Assembly: GCA_002238825.1 (NCBI GenBank)
Contig: MPNC01000003.1
Span: 322,732 to 386,731 of the forward strand
DNA length: 64,000 nt
Origin: SAR202 cluster bacterium bin87
Lineage (GTDB): Bacteria > Chloroflexota > Dehalococcoidia > Lucifugimonadales > UBA3495
Direction of reading: 5' to 3'
A model generated the notes under the pieces. The model was not told the DNA's origin, ran no database searches, and was given only the letters and a program-made list of their open reading frames with translations. How positions within the stretch are numbered: the stretch's first letter is position 1; each line of letters starts with the position of its first letter. The position numbers and the translations under genes are program-made. Below are positions 26,153-36,054 of the stretch, piece after piece.

Positions 26153-28102
26153 TTACTTCCAACGTATCGTCCACAGGGCGCTGGGGGACGGGCGCAGGGG
26201 GCGCGGCCTCCAGTCCTCGATGCGGGCGCTGATAGCGTAGGGAGCGTCCAGGTAGCCAGGGGCAAAGTCCCAGTGGCCCTCGTGGGCCTGCCGGAGAGCC
26301 TGGTAGTAGGCTTCCTGCTGCGTATCCACTGTCGTCGCGGCCAGGGCGGCGTCCACCAACGGCTTGACCAGCGGGTCGTAGCTGATGTAGGAGCCGGCGG
26401 GGCTGGCGAACCGACCGACCAGCTTCGACGCTACGTCGTACTCGTGCTCGTTGGAGCGGACGAGGTACTGGCCGGGGATCTCACCGCCGTACTGGCGGTC
26501 CTTGATCGCAGCCTCTTCACCGACGTTCACCTCGCACTCGAGCCCGAGGTAGGTCTCCCAGTCGTCGCAGACGAACTCCACGATCTGGAGCATCTTCGGC
26601 ACCGTGGCGCCGGCTTCCCAGGTCCACACGTTCCACTTGTCGCCGCCGCCGGCATAGACCGGCTCACTGAGGCCGGTCACGGCTTCGAGTGTGACCCCGT
26701 CAGGGGTGGTGGCTTGCGGTACGTTGTATCCGGCCTCGACAAAAAGATCGCGGGCCTTTACCGGGTCGAAGGGGAACGGGTCCAGGCCGGCGTCAGGGCG
26801 ATACCCGATGCCGGACGGCGAGGCGGCGGCGGTTCCAGCAATGTGGAATACGTCGGGGCCGCCCACCAGATCCTGGATGGCTTCCTTGTCTATGGCGTAG
26901 TCCAGGGCGTGGCGGACGCGCTTGTCGGAGCACATCAGCTGGGTCCCCTTGGGGTCGCCGACGTAATTGCCGTCACCATCCTGGTCGCGGGACTGGTCGT
27001 AGCCCAAGGTCTGCGGGGCGTCTTCGCTGCAGTTCCACGCGTTGATCCAGATCACGGTGGACTCGGGGCCGAAGCGGAACTGCAGGCCGGCGGCCTCCAT
27101 CTCCTCCCGGGAGTCCAGGTCGATGGGAGAGATGTCGGCGGAGCCGTCGATCAACGCGGCCTTGCGGGTCGCGGCTTCCTTCACCAGCCGGATCTCAAGC
27201 TCGTCGAACGGGTACGGGCGCTTCTCCAGGATGAAGTGGTCGTCGCGCTTCTGGTACACGATCTTCTGGTCCGAGGAGAACTCGACCAGATCGAAGGGGC
27301 CGGCTGCGCCGGGGTTCGGGTTGGCGATCAGCCCGTCGGAGCGGGACTCCTGGTCACTGCCCAGGCTCATGAAGTGGGCCTTGGACATGATCGCGCCGCC
27401 GGTGCCGCCGTTGGACTCGCTGACGCTGGAGAAAAAGTTCAGGGTGGGCTGGGTGAAGGTGACACTGATCTCGTTGGGGCCGGTTACGGAAACATGCCCT
27501 TCCTTCTCCCGGTCGGTATTCTCGCCTGAGTAGTCGGAGTTCTCACCCGTGTCCGACTGGATCAGGTTCCAGATGCGAACGCGCACCACCGAGCGGGCGC
27601 CATCGTCCCAGATGTACCGGAGGTACCATGCGGCGTCCTCGGCGGTAACCGGGTCGCCGTCGTGGAACACGGCGTCGTCGCGCAGCGTCCAGGACAGGGT
27701 CAAGCCGTCGTCGGACACCGACCAGTCGGTGGCCAGGCCGTCCCTGCTGAAGTTGAAGTCGTCGTCCAGGGTCATCATGTGAGAGTGGAGCGGGAAGTGC
27801 CAAACGTGTTTGTCTCCGCTCTCGTACTTGGGATCCCACACCTCGTTGCCGAAGGACTCGGTCAGGACGATCAGGCTCATGCCTTCGCTGGAAACCTCTT
27901 CCATGGCCGGTTCCTGGGTGGGCAGCGGCGTCGCGGTGGCGCCAACAGCGGCTGGAGGCGACGTGGGCGACGCGGACTCGCTCGGTGCGCTGGAGGCCGG
28001 CGCTTCTGCACCGCCGCAGGCGACCCCGACAAGCATCGCGATTACCGCTGCCGGAATCAGCAGCTGGTAAAAGCGCAGTCGTGATAGTTGTAAACGTGTC
28101 AT
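26153..28102 (-). CDS. ABC transporter substrate-binding lipoprotein (family 5, peptide/nickel type)
   Basis: 649 aa. Signal peptide plus lipobox LVGVAC. Low-complexity linker, then an SBP_bac_5-like body. Confidence 0.9.
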   Translation of the reverse strand: MTRLQLSRLRFYQLLIPAAVIAMLVGVACGGAEAPASSAPSESASPTSPPAAVGATATPLPTQEPAMEEVSSEGMSLIVLTESFGNEVWDPKYESGDKHVWHFPLHSHMMTLDDDFNFSRDGLATDWSVSDDGLTLSWTLRDDAVFHDGDPVTAEDAAWYLRYIWDDGARSVVRVRIWNLIQSDTGENSDYSGENTDREKEGHVSVTGPNEISVTFTQPTLNFFSSVSESNGGTGGAIMSKAHFMSLGSDQESRSDGLIANPNPGAAGPFDLVEFSSDQKIVYQKRDDHFILEKRPYPFDELEIRLVKEAATRKAALIDGSADISPIDLDSREEMEAAGLQFRFGPESTVIWINAWNCSEDAPQTLGYDQSRDQDGDGNYVGDPKGTQLMCSDKRVRHALDYAIDKEAIQDLVGGPDVFHIAGTAAASPSGIGYRPDAGLDPFPFDPVKARDLFVEAGYNVPQATTPDGVTLEAVTGLSEPVYAGGGDKWNVWTWEAGATVPKMLQIVEFVCDDWETYLGLECEVNVGEEAAIKDRQYGGEIPGQYLVRSNEHEYDVASKLVGRFASPAGSYISYDPLVKPLVDAALAATTVDTQQEAYYQALRQAHEGHWDFAPGYLDAPYAISARIEDWRPRPLRPSPSALWTIRWK

Positions 28103-28220
28103 TTTCGTGTGCCCCTCCTGTCAGGCATAGCAAATTTCAGGGAAGCGGAAATCCGCCTCCCCATGAGCCGGAGAATAGTAACGGCGGGTTATCATGGTTG
28201 TCAATTGTGGCAACCCGCTC

Positions 28221-28359
28221 TGCAAGGGGCCATTGCGAGGAGCGGAGCGACGTGGCAATCCCGTCGATGCAACAAGGCTTTCCCGTATGAGTCATGCTCT
28301 CCGGAGCGAGATTGCCGCGCTGCGCTCGCAATGACAAAATCTACTTTGGAAAGGCCCTG
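28221..28359. mobile_element. 139-bp copy (left end truncated) of the 144-bp hairpin MITE
   Basis: Core almost identical to 10320-10430. 7-bp direct repeat CCCGCTC at 28214-28220 and 28360-28366. Confidence 0.65.
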
Positions 28360-28540
28360 CCCGCTCGTGCGCATCCGTTGGTCCCACGCTGTCGTCTTGT
28401 CCCGCTCTGTCATCGAATGTTCAGCTGTTCAGTCCGGGGATCTCGTTGCCATAGGTGTCGTCTGCCGATCAGCGGGACGCGTCCATATCAGCGGGACCGG
28501 CCCATCGCTTTGCCGACCGCGATGCCTGAAATGGGCGCGC

Positions 28541-28695
28541 GCCTCACGTGTACCGAGTTTCACTGGAACCGGTCATTTGCAACTCGTCATTGCGAGCGAA
28601 GCGCGGCAATCTCGCTGGGGCAAGCAACGTTAATACGGGAGCGGGATCGCCACGTAGCTTCGCTCCTCGCAATGACAAAATGGGTACGCGAGAGG
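28541..28695. repeat. Approx. 155-bp hairpin repeat (termini CCTCACGTGTACC / GGTACGCGAGAGG; core GTCATTGCGAGCGAAGCGCGGCAATCTCG...)
   Basis: Homologous to 23498-23603 and, in inverted orientation, to 46536-46675. GGCGCGC is present on both flanks. Confidence 0.6.
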
Positions 28696-28839
28696 GGCGC
28701 GCCAGTTGCAAACCGCCGATCCGCTTGCCCGCCACGGCTTTGTTGACGCTCGCCGGCGCCCGATGCTAACCTGCCGCCACGGTCGCCGAGAGCCCGGTCA
28801 CCGGGTAGCCCGGCGGAACCGCCACCGGAGGGAATAGAA

Positions 28840-29931
28840 ATGAAAGCAGCGGTTTTGCGCGAAGTAAATCAGCCGGTAGTCATCGAGGACGTCCAGGTGG
28901 ACGCGCCGGCCCCGCGGGAGGTCCTGGTACGAACGGGCGCGTCCGGCGTGTGTCACAGCGACCTCCACTTCGTCGAGGGCCTCTACACCACGTCTATGCC
29001 GTGCATCCTCGGCCACGAGGCCGCCGGCGTCGTGGAAGCGGTGGGCGAGCAGGTTAGCTACGTCCGGCCCGGCGACTCAGTAATTTCGTGCCTGTCGGTG
29101 TTCTGCGGAACCTGCGAATTCTGCACCCGCGGCCAGCCCTACCTCTGTGACCGGACGGCGGTATCGCGCCGGCGCGACGACCCGCCCCGGCTGCGCCGGG
29201 ACGGGGAGGCCATCACCCAGTTCGCCCAACTGGGCTCCTACGCGGCCGAGATGCTGGTCCACGAGAACGCGCTGGTCAAGGTGGACGACGACATCCCATT
29301 CCCGCAGTTGGCCCTCATCGGGTGCGGCGCGACCACCGGCCTGGGCGCGGTGCTGAATACCGCCCGCGTTGAGCCGGGAAGCACCGTGGCCGTGGTGGGC
29401 TGCGGCGGGATCGGCATCCACTGCGTGCAGGCGGCCGCGCTGGCCGGCGCCCTGCGCATCATCGCCATCGACACTACCGAGGATAAGCTGGGCCTGGCCC
29501 GGGAGTTCGGCGCCACCGACGTCATCGATGCCACCGCCGGCAACGTCGCGGAACGCATCATGGACCTGACCGACGGCGGCGTTGACTACTCCTTCGAAGC
29601 CATCGGCCTGAAGCAGACCGCCGAGGACTGCTACAACATGCTCCGGCCGGGCGGCATGGCGACCATCATTGGCATGGTGCCCGAAGGCGTGAAGATTGAG
29701 CTGGACGCCGGCAACTTCCTGCGACGGGGCCGCGCGATCCAGGGCTGCACCATGGGCTCCAACCGCTTCCGCACCGACATGCCGCGCTACATCGAGTTCT
29801 ACAAGCAGGGCCGGCTGAAGCTGGACGAGCTGGTGACCCAGGAGATGGCGCTGTCGGAGATCAACCAGGCTTTCGCCGACATGAAGGCCCAGAGCGTGCG
29901 CCGCAGCGTGATCACCGACTTCGACAACTAG
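28840..29931 (+). CDS. Zn-dependent alcohol dehydrogenase (class III / formaldehyde dehydrogenase-like)
   Basis: GVCHSDLHFVEG, GHEAAGVVEAVG, structural-zinc cysteine cluster CGTCEFCTRGQPYLC, GCGGIG Rossmann motif. Confidence 0.9.
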   Translation: MKAAVLREVNQPVVIEDVQVDAPAPREVLVRTGASGVCHSDLHFVEGLYTTSMPCILGHEAAGVVEAVGEQVSYVRPGDSVISCLSVFCGTCEFCTRGQPYLCDRTAVSRRRDDPPRLRRDGEAITQFAQLGSYAAEMLVHENALVKVDDDIPFPQLALIGCGATTGLGAVLNTARVEPGSTVAVVGCGGIGIHCVQAAALAGALRIIAIDTTEDKLGLAREFGATDVIDATAGNVAERIMDLTDGGVDYSFEAIGLKQTAEDCYNMLRPGGMATIIGMVPEGVKIELDAGNFLRRGRAIQGCTMGSNRFRTDMPRYIEFYKQGRLKLDELVTQEMALSEINQAFADMKAQSVRRSVITDFDN

Positions 29932-30021
29932 TCGACGTTCCAATCCCTGGTGCACGACGCCGGCGTCCGAATTGGAGCGCCGGCGTCATCATTTGCCCGT
30001 TTGTCGTCTGTGGGACAGGGC

Positions 30022-30675
30022 ATGAGAGCTTACGTTTACGGCGACGAATCCGGCAGTTTCGATTTCAGCGATCAGGAGGGAGCCAGCAGGTATTTCATCC
30101 TGACCACGGTCGCCGTGGCAGACCACGCTATTGAATCAGAACTGATGGATCTGCGACGTCAATTGGCGTGGGAAGGGGAATCGCTGACCGGCGGGTTTCA
30201 CGCCACCAACAACAAGCAGCGGGTGCGCGACCGGGTTTTCGCCGTCATGGCGCGCCACGATTTCCGAGTGGACGCAACGATCCTGGAAAAGCGAAAAGCC
30301 GACCCGAGGGTCCGACCCACGCCGGCATTTTTCTATGGCTTCGCTTGGTACTATCATTTGACAGGTCTAGCCCCTGTCCTCGCCTCTTATGCCGACGAAA
30401 TCATGGTAGTCGCGGCATCGATCGGAACCAACGAGATGCGTTCCGATTTCGAATCGGCGGCTAACGCCATTGCAAGTGCGATCGCCCCAATGGTCATTAT
30501 GAGAGCTGCCATGTGGCAGGCCGCTTCAAACCCGATTTTGCAAGTGGCGGACTATTGCGCCTGGGCAATACGGCGGAAATGGGAGCGGGACGATGTGCGC
30601 TCCTACACACTGATCGAAAACAGGATCGAGTCTGAATTCGACGTTTTCAGGGGCGGGGCAACGACCTATTACTAG
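30022..30675 (+). CDS. DUF3800 domain protein
   Basis: MRAYVYGDESGSFDF...YFILTTV... is a typical DUF3800 start (DESG). Lower G+C than the neighbours. Start moved to the internal ATG at 30022. Confidence 0.7.
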   Translation: MRAYVYGDESGSFDFSDQEGASRYFILTTVAVADHAIESELMDLRRQLAWEGESLTGGFHATNNKQRVRDRVFAVMARHDFRVDATILEKRKADPRVRPTPAFFYGFAWYYHLTGLAPVLASYADEIMVVAASIGTNEMRSDFESAANAIASAIAPMVIMRAAMWQAASNPILQVADYCAWAIRRKWERDDVRSYTLIENRIESEFDVFRGGATTYY

Positions 30676-30871
30676 GCATAAAAAGCGAGCCGACTATCCG
30701 ATTTTTTGCGAGAGTGGCCAACTCTCATCGGAAGAGGCCCCGGGCCTCTTGTCGCCGGCTCAGTACCATCTTCAGCGTACTATTGGCGTCTGGCAACGTC
30801 AAGTATAATGGCGGCTAATACCGGCTCCTAGTGAGCGCAGAGCGAGCGACCCCGCCTACGGACTAGCCACC

Positions 30872-32737
30872 ATGTACGTCATCGGAACCGCCGGGCATGT
30901 GGACCATGGGAAATCCACCCTGGTCAAAGCCCTCACCGACATTGATCCCGACCGCCTTCCCGAGGAGAAGGAACGGGAGATGACCGTCGACCTTGGCTTT
31001 GCCTGGATGACCCTGCCCAGCGGCCGCGAGGTCAGCATCGTCGACGTGCCGGGACACGAGCGGTTTATCAAAAACATGCTGGCCGGCGTCGGCGCCATCG
31101 ACCTCGCCATGCTCATCGTCGCCGCCGACGAGAGCGTCATGCCCCAGACCCGAGAGCACCTGGCGATCCTCGACATCCTGCGCATCCGCCGGGGCCTGGT
31201 GGTCATCACCAAGGTCGACCTGGTTGACGAAGAATTGGTGGAACTGGTCAAGGCGGAGGTTGAGGATACCCTGGTGGGCACCGCCTTCGAGGGTTGCCCC
31301 ATGGCTCCGGTGTCCGCCTACACGGGCGAGGGCATCGACGACCTGAAGGCGATGATCGATGACATCCTGAACGACACCGAGACCCGCCGCGACCTGGGCC
31401 GGCCGCGTCTGCCCATCGACCGCTGCTTCACCGTTAGCGGGTTCGGCACCGTGATCACCGGCACGCTGATCGACGGCGCGGTGGCGGTGGGCCAGCAGAT
31501 CGAACTGGCTCCCTCCGGCCGGCAGGCGCGGATCCGCGGGCTGCAAAGCCACAAATCGCGCCTGGACGCGGCCGCGCCCGGGGTGCGGTTGGCTCTGAAC
31601 CTGTCCGGCATCTCCCGCGACGACGTCATGCGCGGCGAGGTGCTCACCAACCCGGGCTGGCTGCGGCCCACCCGCCGCTTCGACGCCAACCTGCGCATGG
31701 TGAAGGGCGCGCCCCATGCCCTGAAGCACAACGAGGGTGTGACCTTCCACCTCTTTACCAGCGAGACCACCGGCCGCGTGCGCCTGCTCGACGCCGACCG
31801 GCTCCAGCCGGGCAGCGAGGGGTGGGTGCAGGTGCTGCTCGACGACCCGGTGCCCATGGTGAGGGGCGACTTCTTCGTGCTGCGCTCCTCCGAGGATACC
31901 CTGGGCGGCGGACAGATTGCCGACCCCAACCCGCGTCGCCGCCACCGCCGTTTCGCCCCCGACGTGCTGGAACGGCTCACGACGCTGGACGCCGGCGCCA
32001 GCGAGGACGTCATACTGACCATCGCGGACCAGATGGGGCCGTGCGACCTGAGGACCCTGTCGCAACGCTCCAACCTTTCCGAAGAGGAGATCCTGGAGCG
32101 TCTCGGCGCCCTGATCGAAGCCGAGGAGATCGTGGCTCTGGGTGAAATGGGCGTCCAGGGCGACGCGGTGGTCTACTCCCGGCGTGGCTGGGATATTTTG
32201 CGCAACCAGGCCCAGGTGGCGCTCCAGGCCTATCACAACCAGTACCCGCTACGGCGCGGCGCGCCGCCCCAGGAACTGCGCAGCCGCCTCGGCGTCTCCC
32301 AGCCCGTTTACCTGCGAGCCGCCGCCAGGCTGGTGGATGAGGGAGCAATCGTCGACGACAACGGTGTGGTGCGAACGGCAGACCATCGTGTGGAGCTCAG
32401 CGAAGGCCAGCAAGCTGCAATCGCCGATTACCTGGCCACGCTGGCCGCCGAGCCCTGGTCGCCGCCAACCGACCGCCCGGTGGATCCGGAACTGCTGTCC
32501 CACCTGCAGGAGCGGGGCGACGTCGTGAGGGTCAACGAGACGGTGGTGTTCACCGCGGCGGCCTATGAGGACATGGCGGGCCGCGTCGTAGAACATCTCA
32601 ATGCCAACGGCAGCGTGACCGTGGCCGACGCCCGCACCATCTTCGGGACCAGCCGCAAGTACGTGCTGCCCCTGCTCGAGTACCTGGACCAGCAGCGTAT
32701 CACCCGGCGCGTCGGCGACGAGCGGGTGCTGCGGTAG
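30872..32737 (+). CDS. selB: Selenocysteine-specific translation elongation factor
   Basis: [26 protein letters not shown]-domain motifs, plus a long C-terminal winged-helix extension. 621 aa is the typical length. Confidence 0.9.
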   Translation: MYVIGTAGHVDHGKSTLVKALTDIDPDRLPEEKEREMTVDLGFAWMTLPSGREVSIVDVPGHERFIKNMLAGVGAIDLAMLIVAADESVMPQTREHLAILDILRIRRGLVVITKVDLVDEELVELVKAEVEDTLVGTAFEGCPMAPVSAYTGEGIDDLKAMIDDILNDTETRRDLGRPRLPIDRCFTVSGFGTVITGTLIDGAVAVGQQIELAPSGRQARIRGLQSHKSRLDAAAPGVRLALNLSGISRDDVMRGEVLTNPGWLRPTRRFDANLRMVKGAPHALKHNEGVTFHLFTSETTGRVRLLDADRLQPGSEGWVQVLLDDPVPMVRGDFFVLRSSEDTLGGGQIADPNPRRRHRRFAPDVLERLTTLDAGASEDVILTIADQMGPCDLRTLSQRSNLSEEEILERLGALIEAEEIVALGEMGVQGDAVVYSRRGWDILRNQAQVALQAYHNQYPLRRGAPPQELRSRLGVSQPVYLRAAARLVDEGAIVDDNGVVRTADHRVELSEGQQAAIADYLATLAAEPWSPPTDRPVDPELLSHLQERGDVVRVNETVVFTAAAYEDMAGRVVEHLNANGSVTVADARTIFGTSRKYVLPLLEYLDQQRITRRVGDERVLR

Positions 32738-32768
32738 CCATCGCGACCCGCTGCGCGACAGAGCCACG

Positions 32769-33995
32769 ATGGCGTTGGATTTTGGCCAAACCGCACGCCA
32801 GATGATGTCCGCCATGGGTGGTTTGTCATCCACGGCGAGGTCGCGCCGGCAAAGGTTCGCCGACACCCTGGACCGTGCGCTGGCGATTACTCCCGATGAG
32901 GCCGCCCAACGTACGGCGTCTGCGGGCAGCCGTCCCTTCATCGTGGCGCGCACCGGACCCGAGGGTCTGCTCGACAGCATCCCGCCGCCGTCGCCACCCC
33001 GGGACTGGATGGCAGTCTCGGTTGACGGATCCCACATCGACGTGGACCGGCATCTCCCGCTGAGGTGCTACCTCATCAACCTGGGCGGATGCGTCCTGAC
33101 CTATGGCGCCAGCCCCGATTGCAGGTTTTTCAGCGAGCCGACCCTGGCCACGGGCGAAGGCGACCTGTACCTGCGGCCTGACGACGGCTCAAATGGAGAA
33201 ACGCCCATCTCCGGCGCGCTGCTCGGCGCGCTGCGCACGGTGCAGGAAGTGGAAAGGCTGGCCGACGCCGTCGAGACCGCGCCACCAACCGTACCCGTCC
33301 TTGCACTCCTGGACGGCACCCTGGCCTTCTGGGACATCCAGCGCGGGAACTATCCGAGGTACGTGGTTGAAAAACTGGTGAATGACCGCCTGCGCGGCGC
33401 TTTGGCCCGACTGCGTGAGGCGTCCCGTGTCCAGCGTCCCGTGGCGCTGGCGGCCTACACCTCCCGGCCTCAGACCACCGAGGTGGCCGGAGCCGTGCGC
33501 GCCGGCCTGTGCGTCAGCAACGCAACCGAATGCACCCGGCGCTGCAGCGCGCGCCGTTCCGATCTGGCCCAGTGCGACGGCGCGGCCGGTTTCGATGATC
33601 GCGAACTGTTCGATGCGTTGCTGGAGCCGGGCCATCGGTCGCCCCTGTATCAGACTGGCCGCCGCGCGTCGCATTTTGCCATGGACCTGGCGGTGGGCAC
33701 CGAGTGGAGCCGGTTCTACTACGTGAACAGCGGCACGGAAGTCGCCCGTGTCGAGGTGCCCGACTGGGTCGCTGAGGACCCGGAGTTGCTCGCCACCGGA
33801 CACGCCATGCTGGCAAAACAGTGCGAACTCGGCCTGGGGTATCCCGTGGTAATCTCGGAGGCCCACGAGCAGGCCGTCGTCAGCGGACGAGACCGCGAGG
33901 AGTTTCGCAAGCTGGCCCTGTTGCTGATGGAGCGAAACGGATTGCCGACCCCCGAATCGGCAAAGACCCTCTCGAAACGGATGCCCTGGGCGTGA
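32769..33995 (+). CDS. NurA-like 5'-3' nuclease domain protein
   Basis: Motifs VSVDGSHID, LALLDGTLAFWD, GYPVVISEAHEQAVV resemble the NurA catalytic D / DG(S/T)L / ...AH..A signature. No HerA gene adjacent. Confidence 0.5.
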   Translation: MALDFGQTARQMMSAMGGLSSTARSRRQRFADTLDRALAITPDEAAQRTASAGSRPFIVARTGPEGLLDSIPPPSPPRDWMAVSVDGSHIDVDRHLPLRCYLINLGGCVLTYGASPDCRFFSEPTLATGEGDLYLRPDDGSNGETPISGALLGALRTVQEVERLADAVETAPPTVPVLALLDGTLAFWDIQRGNYPRYVVEKLVNDRLRGALARLREASRVQRPVALAAYTSRPQTTEVAGAVRAGLCVSNATECTRRCSARRSDLAQCDGAAGFDDRELFDALLEPGHRSPLYQTGRRASHFAMDLAVGTEWSRFYYVNSGTEVARVEVPDWVAEDPELLATGHAMLAKQCELGLGYPVVISEAHEQAVVSGRDREEFRKLALLLMERNGLPTPESAKTLSKRMPWA

Positions 33996-34009
33996 GGTCA
34001 GCGCTGTTT

Positions 34010-34105
34010 ACATCGATATACAGGATATACAGGATTTGTTTATTGAAAATTGCCAGGGCTTCCTATTCAGGGCAAGAGTATCCTGTATATCCTGTGCATC
34101 GATGT
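34010..34105. repeat. 96-bp palindromic element (ACATCGATATACAGGATATACAGGAT ... ATCCTGTATATCCTGTGCATCGATGT)
   Basis: 26-nt arms that are near-perfect reverse complements. Shares the CAGGAT/ATCCTG motif with the 242-bp family. Confidence 0.7.
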
Positions 34106-34128
34106 GAGTAAAACTTGGAGGTTTCATC

Positions 34129-34614
34129 ATGGGTGAATTGAACGATCTGGCCGCGTCGGTCGCGGCTTTGCTGAAAGAGCGGGGAGACTCCCTCGCGGTA
34201 TCGGAATCTTCGTGCGGCGGTCTCATATCCGCTGCCCTGGTATCCATACCGGGCGCGTCCGATTACTACGTCGGAGGATCCGTGGTCTACACGCGGGTGG
34301 CCCAGGCGGGGCTGCTGCAGGTGCCGGACTCGGCGATGGAGGGCCACCGCGCCAGCACAGAGTACTACGCCCTGCTGAACGCCCGAACCTCGCGGGAACG
34401 GCTGGGCACCACCTGGGCCCTGGCGGAAACGGGGGCCAGCGGACCCACGGGCAACCGCTACGGCGACAACTACGGGCACGCCTGCTTTGGCGTCGCCGGC
34501 CCGGTGGAGCGCTCCCAGACGCTGGAGACCGGCAGCCCCGACCGCGAGGCCAACATGTGGGTCTTTGCCAGGACCGCCCTGGCGTTGCTGGAGGAGGCGG
34601 TAAGAGCCGCGTAA
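34129..34614 (+). CDS. CinA-family protein (PncC-like nicotinamide-nucleotide amidohydrolase domain)
   Basis: LAVSESSCGGLISAALVSIPGASDYYVGGSVVY... is the CinA C-terminal domain signature. Confidence 0.8.
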   Translation: MGELNDLAASVAALLKERGDSLAVSESSCGGLISAALVSIPGASDYYVGGSVVYTRVAQAGLLQVPDSAMEGHRASTEYYALLNARTSRERLGTTWALAETGASGPTGNRYGDNYGHACFGVAGPVERSQTLETGSPDREANMWVFARTALALLEEAVRAA

Positions 34615-34640
34615 GCCAGGTTGCGCCGTCCGACGGCGCA

Positions 34641-35951
34641 TCAGGGATCGGTCGCGGCCAGGTACGCCTCCAGGTCGGCGACCGATCTGAACTCGGCGGC
34701 CGTGCGGAGGAAGTCCCCCAGGCTCGGGCTGCGCCGGCGCAGTTCTTCGATCTGCTGGCCTATGACGTTGACGCCGGCCGCGCCGGTGGTGGCGTAGGTG
34801 CCGTGGAAGGCGAAGTACGCCTGGTTCAGCCGGCGCAGGCGGTAACCGTTGGCCACGAACTCCCTCCGCCGTTCCTCCATGTAGGTTTCGGCTTCCTCCA
34901 CGTTGCCGGCGGCCAGCAATTCTTCGACGCGCATTCTGGTCACCCGCATTTCGTGCTGGAAACTGAAGGCGGACGCGTCGGGGGCCGGCAGGGTTTCGTG
35001 GGGTGAGTGAGTATGCTCGCCGCTCTCCGGCGATTGGGGGGCGATTTGCGCCATGCGCCGCCTGGTCAGTTCCAGTATTTCCTTCCCGGCGATGTCGGCC
35101 ACCGTCTCGTTCATCGTGGTGATGTCGCCCCCTTGAAAGTAGCGGCGGCCCAACGGGCGGAACCACAGCCACTGGTGCACCCACTCGTGGGCGATGACCT
35201 CCAGCGCAAAATCCAGCCCCGCGTGAGGCACGACGATGGATGGATACAGCGCGATGCCTCCGGTGTCCAGCACCAGCGCGGACAAGTCCGTTTCGTCTTC
35301 CACCCACGTTTCGATGCGGTCCCGGTCCTCGTTGGCCAAGCCAGTTCGCATGGTCACGGTGTCCTGCCGCTCGATCCGGTCGCGAGGAGATGTCACCAGG
35401 ATCGTAGGGGATGCGGACAACACCGTGTCCACCGGCGGGAACGGGCCGGTCCAGGCACGAAAGCCCAGCGACTCCAGCGTTGCCGCAATCGTCGTTTCCA
35501 GGGTCTCCTCAACGGGGGGGCGCAGGTCGTCGCGGCGCTCCAGCAGCCGGCCCCGCTGCTCCAACAGAGCGTCGACGCTGGCAGTGACCTCAGCCGTGAT
35601 CGGCGATCCGGCCTGAAGCTCCAGCAGTTGTTGTTCCACTGACCACAAGGAGTGGCTGACCGCGAAAAATGCGTGCACCTCCGTCATCCGTTGTTCATGG
35701 CCCGAACCTCCCGCCAGGGCTGTTGGCGCCCTGAGCAGCCTCCTGACCCATTTGTCGGGCAGGTGGTCCAGTTCCCACACGGGCATGCTGAACCGGTACG
35801 GGGCGGTCGCGGCGGCTATGGCGTCCCGCTCAAAGCCACCTACCGGGAAGAGCGTAATGCAGACACAAAACAGGACGACCACGCGCCAGTACGCGCGTCT
35901 CCAGATCCGGAGGGGAAGGCGCCTGGCTGGGTTTGATGCGGGTTGGGCCAT
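34641..35951 (-). CDS. Membrane-anchored putative zinc metalloprotease (HExxH)
   Basis: N-terminal TM helix. AHEWVHQW (HExxH) followed by ...MNETVADIAG... Family not identified. Confidence 0.55.
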   Translation of the reverse strand: MAQPASNPARRLPLRIWRRAYWRVVVLFCVCITLFPVGGFERDAIAAATAPYRFSMPVWELDHLPDKWVRRLLRAPTALAGGSGHEQRMTEVHAFFAVSHSLWSVEQQLLELQAGSPITAEVTASVDALLEQRGRLLERRDDLRPPVEETLETTIAATLESLGFRAWTGPFPPVDTVLSASPTILVTSPRDRIERQDTVTMRTGLANEDRDRIETWVEDETDLSALVLDTGGIALYPSIVVPHAGLDFALEVIAHEWVHQWLWFRPLGRRYFQGGDITTMNETVADIAGKEILELTRRRMAQIAPQSPESGEHTHSPHETLPAPDASAFSFQHEMRVTRMRVEELLAAGNVEEAETYMEERRREFVANGYRLRRLNQAYFAFHGTYATTGAAGVNVIGQQIEELRRRSPSLGDFLRTAAEFRSVADLEAYLAATDP

Positions 35952-36054
35952 GGGATAGTTGGCGATGGATGGGCGGCCGTGGTCAGCGTTTGAGGCGACG
36001 GGTGTCGCCCCGCTCTGCTGCGAAGATTGTAGCGAACATCGGCATCGTGACAGC

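Noticed and set aside
23394-28700. Recurring GTCATTGCGAG...GGCAATC hairpins as a possible CRISPR array.
   Set aside because: The copies are long self-complementary hairpins, irregularly spaced, in different orientations, and separated by genes. There is no repeat-spacer periodicity and there are no cas genes.
28109-28746. ORFs translated from repeat DNA (e.g. 28109-28633 +, 28294-28746 +, 23496-23807 +, 10295-10642 +, 40972-41166 +) giving peptides such as VIASEARQSRWGK and CHCERSAAISL.
   Set aside because: These are translations of MITE hairpins that recur in both orientations. They are not protein-coding.
30676-30871. Possible tRNA-Sec (selC) in the 196-bp spacer upstream of selB.
   Set aside because: There is no GTTCGAATC-like T-loop, acceptor stem or UCA anticodon arm. 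Only short hairpins and a TATAAT box are present.
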